Of a stretch of DNA of 64,000 nt, positions 54,744-63,368 are shown in pieces. The DNA is from an uncultured bacterium (GTDB taxonomy: Bacteria > Patescibacteriota > Microgenomatia > UBA1400 > PJMF01). The notes beneath the pieces are model-generated. The model was given only the letters and a program-made list of their open reading frames with translations. It was not told the DNA's origin and did not search any database. The stretch spans positions 3,166-67,165 of the forward strand of contig CAIMNJ010000011.1 in the NCBI GenBank assembly GCA_903842795.1, given 5' to 3'. A program made the position numbers and the translations under genes. The stretch's first letter is position 1. Each line of letters starts with the position of its first letter.

Positions 54744-55409
54744 ATGTCAGTTTCAAAAACTAACTTAGAAACAAGGATTGCTCAAGCCTTAATTAGAATT
54801 GGGGCAGTGGGTTTCAAGCCAGAAAATCCCATTACTTTTAAGTCTGGAATTATTTCTCCAGTATATGTTGATAATCGTCGCTTCCCATTTTATTCTGCTG
54901 AATGGAAATTAGTGGTGGAAGGCTTTAGAGAATTAATTATAAAAGATGAGATTGATTTTGATGTTTTGGCAGGAATTGAAACTGCTGGCATTCCTCACAG
55001 CGCTGCTCTTGGGTATGCCATGGACAAGCCATCCGTTTTTGTGCGCAAAAAAGTCAAAGATCATGGTACCAAAAGTCGTATTGAAGGCGGACAAGTCAAA
55101 GATAAAAAAGTGTTGTTGATTGAGGATCTGGTGACGACTGGTGGGAGTAGTTTGGCTGGAGTTGAAGCCTTGCGTGCTGATGGGGCAATCGTTAATGATT
55201 GCTTAATTATTGTGGGTTATGGTTTTGAAGAAGCAACTAGTGCTTTTGCTGCTGCTAAAGTTAAGCTTCACGCTTTGACAAATTTTTCGATAATTCTAGA
55301 AGAAGCCCTCAAACAAAAATTATTTACTGCTGAGCAAAAGTTAATTTTAGAAAACTGGTTTCAAGATCCTTGGGGCTGGGGAAAGCGCTATGGCCATGAC
55401 GTTTCTTGA
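54744..55409 (+). CDS. pyrE: Orotate phosphoribosyltransferase
   Basis: PRPP-binding 'VLLIEDLVTTGGS'; 221 aa. Confidence 0.85.
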   Translation: MSVSKTNLETRIAQALIRIGAVGFKPENPITFKSGIISPVYVDNRRFPFYSAEWKLVVEGFRELIIKDEIDFDVLAGIETAGIPHSAALGYAMDKPSVFVRKKVKDHGTKSRIEGGQVKDKKVLLIEDLVTTGGSSLAGVEALRADGAIVNDCLIIVGYGFEEATSAFAAAKVKLHALTNFSIILEEALKQKLFTAEQKLILENWFQDPWGWGKRYGHDVS

Positions 55410-56199
55410 AAAATATAACGAACGCGTCGATAAAGTTAATTCGCTATTGTGTGTTGGATTGGATGCTGATTTTTCACAAATTCCAGCTCGTTTTCAAAAA
55501 TTAGAGCATCCTCAATTCACCTTTAATAAGTGGGTTATCGAGCAAACTCATCAACATGTGAGTGCCTATAAACCGAACTCGGCTTTCTATGAAGCTAGGG
55601 GAGAAAATGGTTGGCAAGATTTATCATTAACAGTGCAGTATTTAAGAGAAAATCACCCAGAAATTGCAATTATTCTCGATGCTAAGCGTGCCGACATCGG
55701 CAACACTAATCAGGGGTATGTTGGTGCTTTTTTTGATCAGCTTGGAGTAGATGCTGTGACGCTACATCCATATTTAGGTCAGCAAGCCCTGCAGCCTTTT
55801 TTGGACAGAGTAGATAAAGGTTTGATTATCTTATGTAAAACTTCCAATCCTAACTCTGGCGAATTTCAAGATCTTGAAACCACTGCTGGCAAAAAACTTT
55901 GGCAAATAATAGCAACGCAGGTTGCAGAGAAATGGAACATTAATAATAATTGTTTATTGGTGGTTGGAGCCACCTATCCAGAAGAGATTAAAGAAGTTAG
56001 GAAGCTTGTTGGTGAAATGACCCTGTTGGTGCCGGGAATTGGTGCTCAGGGTGGAGAAGTCAAAGACACTGTTCAGGCTGGTCTCAATTCTGACCAAAAA
56101 GGCTTGATTATTAATTCGGCGCGAGGAATTATTTTTGCAGAAAATCCGTCCTTAGAAGCGCAAAAACTACGAGACGAAATTAATCTATACAGGAAATGA
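55390..56199 (+). CDS. pyrF: Orotidine-5'-phosphate decarboxylase (type 2)
   Basis: 'ILDAKRADIGNT' (cf. DxKRGDIGNT); overlaps the pyrE 3' end by 20 nt. Confidence 0.85.
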   Translation: MAMTFLEKYNERVDKVNSLLCVGLDADFSQIPARFQKLEHPQFTFNKWVIEQTHQHVSAYKPNSAFYEARGENGWQDLSLTVQYLRENHPEIAIILDAKRADIGNTNQGYVGAFFDQLGVDAVTLHPYLGQQALQPFLDRVDKGLIILCKTSNPNSGEFQDLETTAGKKLWQIIATQVAEKWNINNNCLLVVGATYPEEIKEVRKLVGEMTLLVPGIGAQGGEVKDTVQAGLNSDQKGLIINSARGIIFAENPSLEAQKLRDEINLYRK

Positions 56200-56208
56200 T
56201 TTTTTGAT

Positions 56209-56415
56209 CTAAGCAGCTTTTTTCTCTGGCTGGTGAATGTAAAAAGTTTGATCTGCATCCACATCAGGTATGATGACTTTTATAGCATCTGAACCAGTGT
56301 GTTCTACGACGATTGCCTCCAATGGTTTTTGAGCGATCATGGCGTCATCATCTTCATGGCGACTAGTATTAATCATTGTCCCTGGTTCAATGGTGATTTT
56401 TGGTGCTTCTACCAT
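56209..56415 (-). CDS. Hypothetical small acidic protein
   Basis: 68-aa ORF convergent with pyrF; no motifs. Confidence 0.3.
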   Translation of the reverse strand: MVEAPKITIEPGTMINTSRHEDDDAMIAQKPLEAIVVEHTGSDAIKVIIPDVDADQTFYIHQPEKKAA

Positions 56416-56599
56416 AATAAGATGTATTATACTCTTTTTGACTTTTAGCTACTTTTTTGCTAAGCTATTTCGTAGATGAGATTAACGATCACACAATTAG
56501 ACATAAGCTAATTGAGGGTCGTTTTTTTTGTATCTAGCTCTTTCTAACTAATATTAATTACGGCTTTCATGCTAAGCATGGGAGTTGAAAGGAGAAATT

Positions 56600-56947
56600 A
56601 TGACAAATGTCATCGTTCAAGCCAAAAGTCTCAAGGTGACCAGGGCTCTTCGCGAATTTATCCAAAGACAAAGCCGAAAACTTAATAAATTGAAAGATCT
56701 TAAAGTTACTAAAGTGACTGTTTATTTAGAGCAGGACACTAAAAAATCCACCAACAGTAAAAAAGTCAGTGTCAAATATAGCATTGAAGTGCCAGGCAAG
56801 GCTCTGTGGGTGGAAATCAATGGTTACGACTTTTACGATGCTATTGTTGATGCTACCAATGCGGCTTTGCGCAAAATGCGTCAAACCAAAGAAAAAAAAA
56901 CTGACCACAGACATTTTGTTAGGCATCAAGAGCTAGGTTTGGCTTAA
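56600..56947 (+). CDS. hpf: Ribosome hibernation-promoting factor (short HPF/RaiA, S30AE family)
   Basis: 'MTNVIVQAKSLKVTRALREFIQRQSRKLNKL' matches HPF 'MNIQITGKNIEITDAIREYVEEKLSKL'. RBS GGAG at 56591; start moved to 56600. Confidence 0.8.
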   Translation: MTNVIVQAKSLKVTRALREFIQRQSRKLNKLKDLKVTKVTVYLEQDTKKSTNSKKVSVKYSIEVPGKALWVEINGYDFYDAIVDATNAALRKMRQTKEKKTDHRHFVRHQELGLA

Positions 56948-57008
56948 TTTAGCTTTGGGCAATTGTAAAGTCTTGCGCTTGTAGAGTTTTTTCTGTTACC
57001 ATGACTAC

Positions 57009-57392
57009 ATGGCAGATAATCAAGATCCATTAGCAGCATTGCAACAGTTGCTTGATGATCAAAAGAAACAGGGTGGGTTGGCTGATTTGCCAGCTGTTGG
57101 TGCGGATGGAGTTGCCTCAAGCAGCTCTGGTGAAGCGCCAGTTGCTCCTGCGGATCCTCCAGTGCCAGCTGGTCCTACAGCAGAAGAAATTGCTGCTTTG
57201 CAAAAAGAAAAAGAAGCTGAAGATCAACTCAAGATTGAGGAACAGCTTGGTAGAATGAATACTGAACTAAAGGATACACCTCAATATCAAGCGCGAATGA
57301 CTCAAAAAGCGGCTAATGACTCTTTAAATGAACAAAAACAGCTGGAAGAAAGAAGCAGACGTATTTTTCAAATAAAGCATCTCGATCCATAA
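57009..57392 (+). CDS. Hypothetical low-complexity protein (Ala/Pro/Gln-rich)
   Basis: 127 aa with 'APVAPADPPVPAGPT'; predicted disordered. Confidence 0.45.
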   Translation: MADNQDPLAALQQLLDDQKKQGGLADLPAVGADGVASSSSGEAPVAPADPPVPAGPTAEEIAALQKEKEAEDQLKIEEQLGRMNTELKDTPQYQARMTQKAANDSLNEQKQLEERSRRIFQIKHLDP

Positions 57393-57409
57393 GTTAGATA
57401 AGGATTTTT

Positions 57410-58075
57410 ATGTCAGGTTTCGGTAGTTTCGGTGGAGGAGCTAAGTCTCAAGCTAGACCAGGGGGAGGTTTTCGTCAAACTTTTGGTTCTTTTACTGATG
57501 AGCATGAAAATGCTAATGCTAATTCATCTGCAGCTGCGCAAAAGCAGTTGTCACAGCAGGCTTCAGTGTTAGGTCAGCAGGGTTTGGCCAAACAACAAGC
57601 AGCTTCAGCTGGAGCAAATCAAACTCCTCTAGCTTCACATGATTCTTCCAATCAAGTTTCAGAACCAAGGACAGTTTCCAATCTAAGTGAAGAGTTGATA
57701 GCTAGACCAGCTAAGGATATTTTTAATACTTTTAAGTCATTCTTTGACCTCAATGCTTTATTGGGCATAAATCCAGGAGATACTCCTGAAAAAAAAGCCA
57801 AAAAACAAAAAATTGCGCAGAATTGGCAAAAATTGACTGGCGAAGAACAAACTTACGTGCAACAAAAGTACCAAGAAGAAATGCAGAAAAAGCAAAGAGA
57901 GCAACAGGAAGAGCAACAGAAAAAAGAGGAAGAGGCTCGTCAGGCAGAGGAGCAGAGTATTGCACCACCAAGCAGTCCCAAAAAAGGCCCAGCAGACCCA
58001 AGCGGTAGTAAAAAAGCTCAAACTACCCAACTAATGCAAAATAAGCGTACACAAATGAGCCAAGCCGATGGCTAA
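57410..58075 (+). CDS. Hypothetical low-complexity protein (Gly/Gln/Ala/Ser-rich, with an EQQKKEEE helical C-terminus)
   Basis: 221 aa, starting 'MSGFGSFGGGAKSQARPGGGFRQTFGSF...'. Confidence 0.45.
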   Translation: MSGFGSFGGGAKSQARPGGGFRQTFGSFTDEHENANANSSAAAQKQLSQQASVLGQQGLAKQQAASAGANQTPLASHDSSNQVSEPRTVSNLSEELIARPAKDIFNTFKSFFDLNALLGINPGDTPEKKAKKQKIAQNWQKLTGEEQTYVQQKYQEEMQKKQREQQEEQQKKEEEARQAEEQSIAPPSSPKKGPADPSGSKKAQTTQLMQNKRTQMSQADG

Positions 58076-58118
58076 ATTGGCTAGCTAAACCCAGTTTCTC
58101 AAGTTACAATAAGGCAAG

Positions 58119-59591
58119 ATGAAACTTTATAACACGCTCTCCAAAAAAGTCGAAGATTTTAAGCCAATTCATGCTGATTCCAATCAAGTTAATATGTATG
58201 CCTGCGGTGTGACTGTTTACGATTACACGCACATTGGTCATTTACGAAAATACGTAATGGATGACATTTTAGTGCGTGTTTTGCGTCATGCTGGTTATGA
58301 CGTGAGGCATGTGCAAAATGTAACTGATGTGGGACATTTGGTTTCTGATGATGATGAGGGCGAAGACAAGATGGAAAAGGGTGCGCGTAAATATGGCCAG
58401 AGTGCCTGGGATGTGGCAAAAAAGTTTGAAGATTATTTTTTCTACAGCATGGATTTAATGGGAGTTTTACGTCCCACCTTGAGCTGCAGAGCTACTGAGC
58501 ACATTCAAAGCCAATTGGAGATGGTCTTAGATTTAGAGAAAAAAGGTTATACATATGTGATAGAGGGCGATGGTGTTTATTTCGATACCTCCAAGTTGGA
58601 AACTTATGGCGAATTAAGCGGTCATGATCCTCGTAAAGCTCATCGTGAAACTCGCCTCGGTGAAATTGAAGGGAAGAAAAATCCGAGTGATTTCGCCTTG
58701 TGGAAATTTGAAAAACCAGGTGAGAGTCGTCAGATGGTTTGGCCAAGTCCTTGGCATCCACGTAGTTTTCCGGGTTGGCACATTGAATGTAGTGCTATGA
58801 GTATTGAGCATCTTAGCCCACAATTAGACATCCACACAGGAGGAATTGATCATGTAGCAGTGCATCATGCTAATGAAATTGCTCAATCAGAAGCATTTAC
58901 TGGCAAAAAACCATTTGCAAAATTCTGGGTGCACCATAATTTTTTGCGAGTTGATGGTGAAAAAATGAGCAAATCTCTTGGTAATTTCTATACCATTGAT
59001 GACATTTTGCAGAAAGGTTTTAAGCCAGCTGCCTTGCGCTTGTTGTTTTTGAGTAGTCATTATCGTAGTGAACAGAATTTCACCATACAAAGTTTAGAGG
59101 CGAGCCAAATTGCTTGGTACAAGTTATTGCAATCTTATTTAATTATCAAGCAAAAACACGAAAATGAATCAAAAAATAGTTCATCATCTCAGCTAGCAGA
59201 GCAAGATGACAGCGAAATGAAAAAGCTTGATCGTGAATTTTTCTCCTTGGTTGAAAATGACCTTAATACTCCAGAAGCTTTGGCAGTTTTATGGAAAGTT
59301 CTCAAAAGCGATTTGAGTGATACGCAGAAATATCGCTTGTTGCTGGAATTTGATCGTGTGCTTGGCTTAGGTCTGGTTTCTATGACAGAAAATGATTTGC
59401 CAGCTGTTGCTGCAAAAGAATTGGCTGTAGTAAATTTACCAATTGATTTGCAGACACTTTTTGCAGAAAGAGAAACCGCTCGCTCAAATAAAGATTTTGC
59501 TAAATCTGATGAAATTCGTTTAATTTTTGAAAAAGCTGGTTATCAGCTGGTTGATAAAGCGAATCAGACTGTTATTAAACAGTTAAATTAG
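58119..59591 (+). CDS. cysS: Cysteinyl-tRNA synthetase
   Basis: 'MYACGVTVYDYTHIGHLRKY' (HIGH), 'KMSKSLGN' (KMSKS) and zinc-site residues; 490 aa. Confidence 0.95.
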   Translation: MKLYNTLSKKVEDFKPIHADSNQVNMYACGVTVYDYTHIGHLRKYVMDDILVRVLRHAGYDVRHVQNVTDVGHLVSDDDEGEDKMEKGARKYGQSAWDVAKKFEDYFFYSMDLMGVLRPTLSCRATEHIQSQLEMVLDLEKKGYTYVIEGDGVYFDTSKLETYGELSGHDPRKAHRETRLGEIEGKKNPSDFALWKFEKPGESRQMVWPSPWHPRSFPGWHIECSAMSIEHLSPQLDIHTGGIDHVAVHHANEIAQSEAFTGKKPFAKFWVHHNFLRVDGEKMSKSLGNFYTIDDILQKGFKPAALRLLFLSSHYRSEQNFTIQSLEASQIAWYKLLQSYLIIKQKHENESKNSSSSQLAEQDDSEMKKLDREFFSLVENDLNTPEALAVLWKVLKSDLSDTQKYRLLLEFDRVLGLGLVSMTENDLPAVAAKELAVVNLPIDLQTLFAERETARSNKDFAKSDEIRLIFEKAGYQLVDKANQTVIKQLN

Positions 59592-60257
59592 TAATTCAGC
59601 GAAATGTTCTTTGATGGAGAAGAAACCATTTTTGGTGATGATGATGTGATCCAACAATTTAACTCCCAATAAATCAGAGATTTTGGCAATTTTTTCTGTT
59701 AGGGCGAGATCCTCATTTGATGGATGGCAATTTCCAGATGGATGATTATGTACCAAGATGAAACTGCCAGCTCCTAAAGAAAAAGCAGGCTCAAAAATAT
59801 CTCTCGGTTCCAAATAATTATAATTTAAACCGCCAATGGCAATAGTTTTCTTGCTCAGGAGCTCCTGCCGACCATTGAGGTAGAAGGCCAAACAATACTC
59901 CTGTTTTTTGTGCATAAGTTCCCTTGAGAGCTGAAATATTTTGACAGGTTGATCAATTTGAGTTTGTTTGTTTTGAGCGGCTAAGCGCTTGCCAAATTCT
60001 AAACTAGCCAGAATTCTTATGGCCAAAATTTCACCAATACCACTGATCTTTACAAGATCCTTAATGGAATTGGTTTTTTTCTCAATTTCTTTACCAGCTT
60101 TTTTGGCTAATTCCAAAGCATTGCAATTTTTTTGGCCGCTACCAATAATCAGAGCCAGTAATTCATTATTGTTTAAAAATTGAAATCCGTGTTTTTTTGC
60201 TTTTTCTCTTGGTCTGTAACGAGTAGCCAAGCATTTAATTGCGCGCTTTTCATTCAT
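59583..60257 (-). CDS. radC: RadC-family JAB/MPN-domain protein
   Basis: 'FILVHNHPSGNCHPSNED' (JAMM-like H-x-H-P-S-G) and an N-terminal HhH 'ISGIGEILAIRIL'. Confidence 0.85.
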   Translation of the reverse strand: MNEKRAIKCLATRYRPREKAKKHGFQFLNNNELLALIIGSGQKNCNALELAKKAGKEIEKKTNSIKDLVKISGIGEILAIRILASLEFGKRLAAQNKQTQIDQPVKIFQLSRELMHKKQEYCLAFYLNGRQELLSKKTIAIGGLNYNYLEPRDIFEPAFSLGAGSFILVHNHPSGNCHPSNEDLALTEKIAKISDLLGVKLLDHIIITKNGFFSIKEHFAELLI

Positions 60258-60275
60258 TCAAAATAATCTTAGCAA

Positions 60276-60300
60276 TGCAAGTTTGCAACAAGGTTGCAAA
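60276..60300. promoter_or_regulatory. Perfect 11-3-11 inverted repeat 'AAGTTTGCAAC aag GTTGCAAACTT' (operator-like, or a tgt terminator stem)
   Basis: Seen directly. It lies between the tgt stop (60309) and the radC start (60257), both on the minus strand. Confidence 0.4.
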
Positions 60301-60308
60301 CTTATAAC

Positions 60309-61466
60309 TTATTGCTGATCTTCAGATTTTCTAAGTGCTTCAATTACTTGAACGTAGGTACGTAAATTGTGCAAGCTTGCCAAACGAAAAGCACTACCAT
60401 CTCCAATTTTGAAAAGATGATGTAGATAAGCTTTACTTACTTGAGGAATATTTGCAGTTTTCTTGCAGATTGGACAATCACAAAAATCACTTACTGCTGT
60501 TTTATCGGTGGCAAATTTTCCTTTACCAATATAAATATAATCAAAAATTTCTCCAAGTTTGTTTTCTTTAACTAACTCATGAAGCTTTTTGCGATCTAAA
60601 GTTTTTGGATTTACTTTAAAAGTATATAGTCTTTGATGTCTAGCATCTCTTGTTGGCAAAACGCAGTCAAAAAACTGGTAACCCATAAAGAAAAGCTTGA
60701 CAATGTTTTCAGGAGTGCCAACGCCAAGAGCAAAGCGATAGCTGTCTTTTGCTGTTAATTCAGCATTTTTTTCACAAAAAGAGTAATCAAATTTGCCATC
60801 TTTTTGGAATGGCCACCCACCCAAACCATAGAGATCGAAACCAATTTTTTGTAGCTCCACAGCGCAAAAATTGCGCCATTCTACACTGTCATGACCTTGA
60901 ATGGGAGCAAGTAATAATGGGCGATTATCTGCTGTAAAACCATGTTTTTTGAGCAATCGATTGAATTCTGCTTTAGCTCTTTTGGCCCAAGCAATTGTTC
61001 TTTTCACGCTTTCTTCAGTACGTTTTTCATTGGCTTCAGGTGGAGTGAAGTCATCTAGACAAATCATCACATCACTGCCAAGAGCAAATTGCATGCGAAT
61101 GGAATCTTCTGGAGTAAAAAGCGTTTTTTTCTGCTTTTTGGCTCCATTGTAAAGAACAATTCCTTCATCAGTAATCTTGCCAAGATTTGGATTTTTACGA
61201 ATCAAAGAAAATAATTGAAAACCGCCAGAATCTGAAGATACAAATCCTGTCCAATTCATCATTTTTTTAATGCCACCCACACTTTTAAGAATTTCTTCTC
61301 CTGGTTTTTGAATTAGGTGATAGGTGTTCACCATCACACCCTCTAGACCAACATTTGCTAGATCTAGGCTATCTAAATTTCGAGCTACTCCAAGAGTGGC
61401 GTCTGGCAAATAGATGGGTAGACGATATGTTTTATTTTTGATCTTAATATCTTTAATTTCTTGCAC
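60309..61466 (-). CDS. tgt: Queuine/archaeosine tRNA-ribosyltransferase family protein
   Basis: 'SSDSGGFQLFSL' (DSGGFQ), 'LGVGTPENIVKLFFMGYQFFDCVLPTRDARH' and the zinc site 'CDCPICKK...H'. Confidence 0.85.
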   Translation of the reverse strand: MQEIKDIKIKNKTYRLPIYLPDATLGVARNLDSLDLANVGLEGVMVNTYHLIQKPGEEILKSVGGIKKMMNWTGFVSSDSGGFQLFSLIRKNPNLGKITDEGIVLYNGAKKQKKTLFTPEDSIRMQFALGSDVMICLDDFTPPEANEKRTEESVKRTIAWAKRAKAEFNRLLKKHGFTADNRPLLLAPIQGHDSVEWRNFCAVELQKIGFDLYGLGGWPFQKDGKFDYSFCEKNAELTAKDSYRFALGVGTPENIVKLFFMGYQFFDCVLPTRDARHQRLYTFKVNPKTLDRKKLHELVKENKLGEIFDYIYIGKGKFATDKTAVSDFCDCPICKKTANIPQVSKAYLHHLFKIGDGSAFRLASLHNLRTYVQVIEALRKSEDQQ

Positions 61467-61500
61467 ACTAGTATTATACCTTGAGTATTAGCGCTATAAT

Positions 61501-62103
61501 TTGGCAGTTATGTTGCAAAAAATTGATGAAAATAATGAAGTCTTAATTGTTCAAAGAGCTAAGCCTAAATTACAAAGAGGTGGGCAAGCAAAAGAAGTTT
61601 TTGTGGGCAAATTATTCCATGTTTGGCAGTGGCCACAAAAACTCTATGATGGCAGTGAAACAATTTTTGAAGGTCTTTCTAGAGTTGATACTGTAACTGC
61701 TTTAGCTACCACTCCAGATGGTCAAGTTATTATCACTAAACAAAGTCAGCCTGGCTTAGACGAATTTTGGAGCATGCCTGGAGGCCTAATGGATGAAGGG
61801 GAAACTGTTTTGACTGCAGCCAAAAGAGAACTTTTAGAAGAAACTGGCTATTCGAGTCAAGATTGGTATTTTTTGTTTAGCAGTCAGATGAGTGGCAAAA
61901 TTGATTGGGCCAATTTTTATCTGGTGGCCAAAAATTGCTTGCCAACTGCCGTAAGAAAACCAGATCCAGGGGAGAAAATCGAACTTGAATTATTGAGTTT
62001 GGAGCAATTTGAACAATTAACCAAAAGAGAAGATTTCAGGCAAAACGACTTTGCTTTATGGATGTTCAGAAACGAAGTGAATTTGGATGAATTGCTTAGA
62101 TAA
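61501..62103 (+). CDS. NUDIX hydrolase
   Basis: Nudix box 'GGLMDEGETVLTAAKRELLEETG'. Confidence 0.85.
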   Translation: MAVMLQKIDENNEVLIVQRAKPKLQRGGQAKEVFVGKLFHVWQWPQKLYDGSETIFEGLSRVDTVTALATTPDGQVIITKQSQPGLDEFWSMPGGLMDEGETVLTAAKRELLEETGYSSQDWYFLFSSQMSGKIDWANFYLVAKNCLPTAVRKPDPGEKIELELLSLEQFEQLTKREDFRQNDFALWMFRNEVNLDELLR

Positions 62104-62123
62104 TTAGGCAAAAGGCTATTTCA

Positions 62124-62420
62124 CTATCTCCACATGGATGTATCTTCCATCAGATCTTGGCCAATTTCTCTTAGCTCTTGTTCATCTGGCTTGTAGGCTT
62201 TTATGGCATGTTCTAGAACCAAACAAGCAATGGTGGCAGTTTCTGCTCCAGCTTGACCGCGGTATTTGGAGGCCTCTGCAAAGATTTTTTGCATATCTTT
62301 TTTTGTGTCTTTTCCATTAAAGCCATCTTCATCCATAAGTAAATATGCTATAACCTTATCTACATCGAGATTGTATGGTTCCTTTAGAAAGTTGCGTAAT
62401 TTTTGAGAAATTTTTGCCAT
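62124..62420 (-). CDS. Hypothetical protein (~99 aa)
   Basis: Start is taken at MAKISQKL (62420). The ORF-track N-terminal extension would overlap the divergent pspC-like gene. Confidence 0.4.
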   Translation of the reverse strand: MAKISQKLRNFLKEPYNLDVDKVIAYLLMDEDGFNGKDTKKDMQKIFAEASKYRGQAGAETATIACLVLEHAIKAYKPDEQELREIGQDLMEDTSMWR

Positions 62421-62451
62421 ATACTTTCGATTATTGTAAGATAGAGTTATT

Positions 62452-62682
62452 ATGTCAAGTTCAAGCAAAAAATCTGCTCCAAAAGCAAAAAAAACCATCA
62501 AAAAATTAATTAGACCACTTGAAGGACGTAAAGTTGCTGGTGTAGCCGTTGGTTTGGCCAATTACTTTGAAGTTGATGTGACTTTAATCAGAGTACTGAT
62601 GGTTCTAACTTTTATTCCTGGAGGAGCTCCTGGATTATTTATTTATCTACTTTGTTGGCTCTTAATTCCAACAGAAGAATAA
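62452..62682 (+). CDS. PspC-domain membrane protein
   Basis: 'RKVAGVAVGLANYFEVDVTLIRVLMVL' matches the PspC domain '[27 protein letters not shown]', followed by a TM segment. Confidence 0.7.
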   Translation: MSSSSKKSAPKAKKTIKKLIRPLEGRKVAGVAVGLANYFEVDVTLIRVLMVLTFIPGGAPGLFIYLLCWLLIPTEE

Positions 62683-62708
62683 TTTTTTAGTAAAACTTCT
62701 GTAAAAAG

Positions 62709-62742
62709 AAAAACTCCTGCCTTTTTTAGGCAGGAGTTTTGT
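62709..62742 (+). terminator. Rho-independent terminator
   Basis: 'AAAAACTCCTGCCttttttaGGCAGGAGTTTTG'. Confidence 0.75.
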
Positions 62743-62760
62743 AGTGGAGGGAAGATCCTC

Positions 62761-63048
62761 CTATGGTGTAACAGTCGAAGTGGAAGTGGGAACGGGAGTT
62801 GGCGTAACCTGCAAAGAGGCTTCGTAGTCCGCCTTTGCAGAGATCGCTGTTTCTTGAGCGTTTTTCAGGTTGACCATTGCGTTGAAGTACACGCAGGCCG
62901 CCTGATTGCCCAAAAGACATTTTTCTGCCACCACCTGTTGTTCCGTTGGTCCTTGAGTGCCGCCGCCGCCACATGACGTCAGCAAGAGAGCAAGGATCAC
63001 GACCAAAAAAACTGTTATTACCGGTGCGAAAGCGAATTTCTTTTTCAT
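62761..63048 (-). CDS. Putative lipoprotein (in a GC-rich segment)
   Basis: Signal peptide plus lipobox 'LALLLTSC', followed by GGGG; codon usage is GC-rich, unlike the rest of the window. Confidence 0.5.
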   Translation of the reverse strand: MKKKFAFAPVITVFLVVILALLLTSCGGGGTQGPTEQQVVAEKCLLGNQAACVYFNAMVNLKNAQETAISAKADYEASLQVTPTPVPTSTSTVTP

Positions 63049-63368
63049 CGCTTCCTCCTTCAGCTATCTTTACCGTTGGATTACTGCAATCGCAATGACC
63101 GCAGCGAGGTAAAGCCTCACTACATCATATTATATCACTAGAGGTAAAAATTATTTAAAAAAGACCGCCAATTCTGGACAAAATAGACTAAATATGATAT
63201 ATTATAGGATAGTTTTGTCCTGTTGCGATGTGGCCGTTGCGGCTGCATTTGGGGACCCACTTGGGTCGTCCTAGCAACGTGGACGATCTTTAACAACCTT
63301 AATTAGACGAAAGCTTCAATGCCTGACAGGACATTGAAGAGATTAGAAAACTATGAGAGGAGACCAAC

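Noticed and set aside
57052-58030. Alternative-frame and antisense ORFs within the low-complexity genes (57052..57258, 57750..58001, 57758..58030, 57823..58008)
   Set aside because: Repetitive Gln/Lys/Glu codons create open frames on both strands. I kept only the sense frames that have start and RBS context.
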